A stretch of 37,990 nt of DNA from Chiloscyllium plagiosum (taxonomy: Eukaryota), in the NCBI RefSeq assembly GCF_004010195.1, contig NC_057720.1, forward strand, positions 977,070 through 1,015,059, written 5' to 3'. The position numbers and the translations under genes are program-made. The notes below the pieces were generated by a model that saw only the letters and a list, made by a program, of their open reading frames with translations, was not told where the DNA came from and did not search any database. Numbering within the stretch: position 1 is the stretch's first letter; every line of letters starts with the position of its first letter. Of this stretch, positions 35,652 through 37,990 are shown piece by piece.

Positions 35652-35862
35652 ATCAGAGTGATGCTGGAAAAGCACAGCAGGTCAGGCAGCATTCGAGGAG
35701 CATTTCAACATTTCGGGCAAAAGCCCTTCATCAGGAATAGAGGCAGGAAGCCTCCAGGGTGGAGAGTTAAATGGGGGGGAGATGGAGGTAGCAAGGAGTA
35801 CAATAGGTGAATGGGGGTGGGGATGGAAGTGATAGGTCAGAGGGGAGGGACAAAAATGTGTG
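35652..35862 (-). mobile_element. PLE family A insertion
   Basis: 10-bp TSD TTGTG(C/T)CTTG at 35642-35651 and 35863-35872. Confidence 0.72.
35707..35734 (-). ncRNA. Minimal hammerhead core variant
   Basis: CUGAUGA-A-GGGC-UUUU-GCCC-GAAAU-GUU. Confidence 0.55.
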
Positions 35863-36409
35863 TTGTGTCTTGTTGATGGTGGACAGACTTTGGGGTGTCA
35901 GGAGGTGAGTTACTCGCTGCAAGTTTCCTAACCTCTGACCTGCTGCTATAACCATACTATTGCCAAGGTGAGTCCAATTTTAGTCAATGGTAACCCCCTG
36001 GATATTGGTAGTGGGAGATTCAGTGATGGTGATGCCGTTACATTTTAAGGACAATGGTTGGATTGTCTCTTGTGGAGATGGTCTTTGCTTGGTATTTGTA
36101 TGGCATGAATATTAGCTGCCACTTGTCAGCCCAAGCCTGGATATTATCCAAGTCTTGTTGCATTTGAACATGTGCTGCTTCACTATCTGAGGAGTTGCAA
36201 GTAATACTGAACATTATACAATCATCAGTGAACATCCCTACTATGGGATAACACCTTATGGTGTAGGGAAGGTCATTGATGAAGCAGCTGAAGATGGTTG
36301 GGTGGAGGACGTTACCCTGAGGAACTCCTGCAGAGACGTCCTGGAGCTGAGATGACTGACTTCCATTTACCTATGTACCAGAATAGACACCAGCCAGCAC
36401 AGGGTTTGA

Positions 36410-36660
36410 AAGATGGCAGATGATGAAATTTCAATCCAATAAAAACCTGGAATAATTGGCTAGTCAATGGTGACCATGCCAGTTATCAGAAAAGTCCATC
36501 TGGGTCACTAATGAACTTTAGGGAGGGAAATCTGACATTGTTACATGGTTTGGCCTACATGTGACTCCAGACCCACAAAGATGCCACCTGGGCAATTGGA
36601 GAATAAACACTAGCCCAGCCACCGTCACCCACACGACAGCAATGAATAGTAAAGAAAAAT
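36410..36660 (+). mobile_element. Second SINE-like family 3' part
   Basis: GGCCTACATGTGACTCCAGACCCAC..GGGCAATT..AATGAATAG and A-rich end. Confidence 0.6.
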
Positions 36661-36917
36661 CCCATTTTTTGTTTTGGTTTTCTGAAAAGGAGGATTTTTT
36701 GGACAGTTACATTTGTACCTAGTGTACTGACTGGCTTGCCGTAATCACATGGTCTCTGCCCCTGATGTAAGTTTGCGTTTGTGGGAGCACTGACGGACTG
36801 TGAACATTCAAGATGTTTACCACCAGCAAGGGCCAGTAGGGAAGGTGCTGGATGTCTCAAGGTTCAGGAATTAGCCTTTAAATTATGATGTTATGCTTTA
36901 ATTATTTTTGTTCCCAG

Positions 36918-37000
36918 TGGCACCGACCGTCGATCTTCCCAGGGATTTCCATTGGAGGATTTAAGGAAGAATTTACAATACCCACCAATGGATGCAAATG
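36918..37000 (+). CDS. Probable penultimate coding exon of an unidentified gene (GTDRRSSQGFPLEDLRKNLQYPPMDAN)
   Basis: Acceptor ATTATTTTTGTTCCCAG, donor ATG|GTAAGT, 83 nt, non-repetitive; two frames are open. Confidence 0.55.
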
Positions 37001-37203
37001 GTAAGTGAGAGTGATGCCTAACTTCCAGCTCATTGATTTCTGTGGTTTGCAGCGTTGGTTGGTATGGGAGTGGTAACGATACAGTGACAGCAGCAGCAAG
37101 CTCTTCACTGCACCTGAAAGACAGGGGCTCAAGTGTCTTCTGAAACGTGATGACTCTCCATTGGCAGGGGGCAGTTGAAACACATTTCTTCCTTTTGTTG
37201 CAG

Positions 37204-37277
37204 GCTATGTTTCTGATCCACTCAGCACCATGCGGTACAATTCCTGCAGCAGTGGCAGCTTCGAAGATAGCTCCTGA
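37204..37277 (+). CDS. Probable last coding exon (GYVSDPLSTMRYNSCSSGSFEDSS*)
   Basis: Acceptor TTTCTTCCTTTTGTTGCAG; phase matches the previous exon across a 203-nt intron; TGA at 37275-37277. Confidence 0.55.
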
Positions 37278-37638
37278 ATTCTCAGAGGGAATCCCGGGAA
37301 AGTGAGGGGGGAGCTGGTGAAGGAGACAGAGAAGGAGCAGCAGGCAGAGAATATCACTGAGTGTTTCAGTCTCCGTTCTGCCATTGAATCACCACTCTGT
37401 TACCTTTATACAACTCTCACACTCCATACATTACACAAACCTCCTCCCTGTCCCTCATCATCTCATCCAGTCACCATGAGCTTTCATTTCCCTTTCCCTT
37501 GTTGTTTATTCTGCATCTACATTTATCAAACAATATTCCCCCCGCCCACCCACCCCTCACAGGAGTGAGTCCCACATTCCACTCCCCCCAACCTTTCCTG
37601 TGGAATTTCCGAATGGATTTGGTGGTTCGTATCTTTAT

Positions 37639-37853
37639 AGAACAAAGAACAAAGAAAATTTACAACCCAGGAACAGGCCCTTCGGTCCTGCAAATCTGAG
37701 CCGATCCAAATCCACTGTCTAAACCCAATTCCTAAGCATCTGTATCCCTCTGCTCCCCACCTACTCATGCATCTGTCCAGACACATCTTAAATGAATCTA
37801 CCGTGCCTGCCTCTACCATCTCTGCTGGCAACACACCTACCACCCTCTGTATA
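37639..37853 (-). mobile_element. CR1 3' end, (TTTGTTC)n tail
   Basis: Very similar to 18074-18300. Confidence 0.9.
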
Positions 37854-37859
37854 AATCTC

Positions 37860-37990
37860 ACTCAACCCCATTTCCCTTCCCTATTACTCTACATTTACCC
37901 CTAACTCAAACATCCCTGAATACGATGGCCAATCCACCCTAACCTGCACATCTTTGGATTGTGGGACGAAACCAGAGCACCCGGAGGGAC
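37860..37990 (-). mobile_element. HE1-like SINE, partial (window edge)
   Basis: ATGGCCAATCCACCCTAACCTGCACATCTTTGGATTGTGGGACGAAACCAGAGCACCCGGAG. Confidence 0.8.

Larger units (their letters stand above)
35440..36400 (-). mobile_element. Second LINE family RT C-terminal fragment
   Basis: MFTDDCIMF..QQDLDNIQAWADKWQ; KAQVRSAMEYSPLA. Confidence 0.82.

Overview
Eukaryotic, repeat-dense, mostly non-coding DNA, inferred to be from a shark (elasmobranch) because of HE1-type V-SINEs and CR1/HER1-type LINEs. It has three assembly gaps. Most ORFs in the track are decayed LINE ORF2 pieces or artefacts of a 51-bp tandem array. No intact transposon is present. Less obvious content: (1) about ten short Penelope-like (PLE) terminal insertions from two families, most with 10-17 bp target-site duplications (TSDs) and minimal hammerhead-ribozyme cores; (2) a decayed Ty3/Gypsy pol absent from the ORF track, with integrase upstream of RT (Gmr1-type order); (3) a >2.7-kb 51-bp minisatellite grown inside one HE1 SINE; (4) an LTR-like element closed by an inverted copy of its own 5' end and flanked by a 4-bp TSD; (5) two probable terminal exons of an unidentified + strand gene near 36.9-37.3 kb. 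Family names come from recognition by eye, not database searches, and element boundaries are approximate unless a TSD is given.
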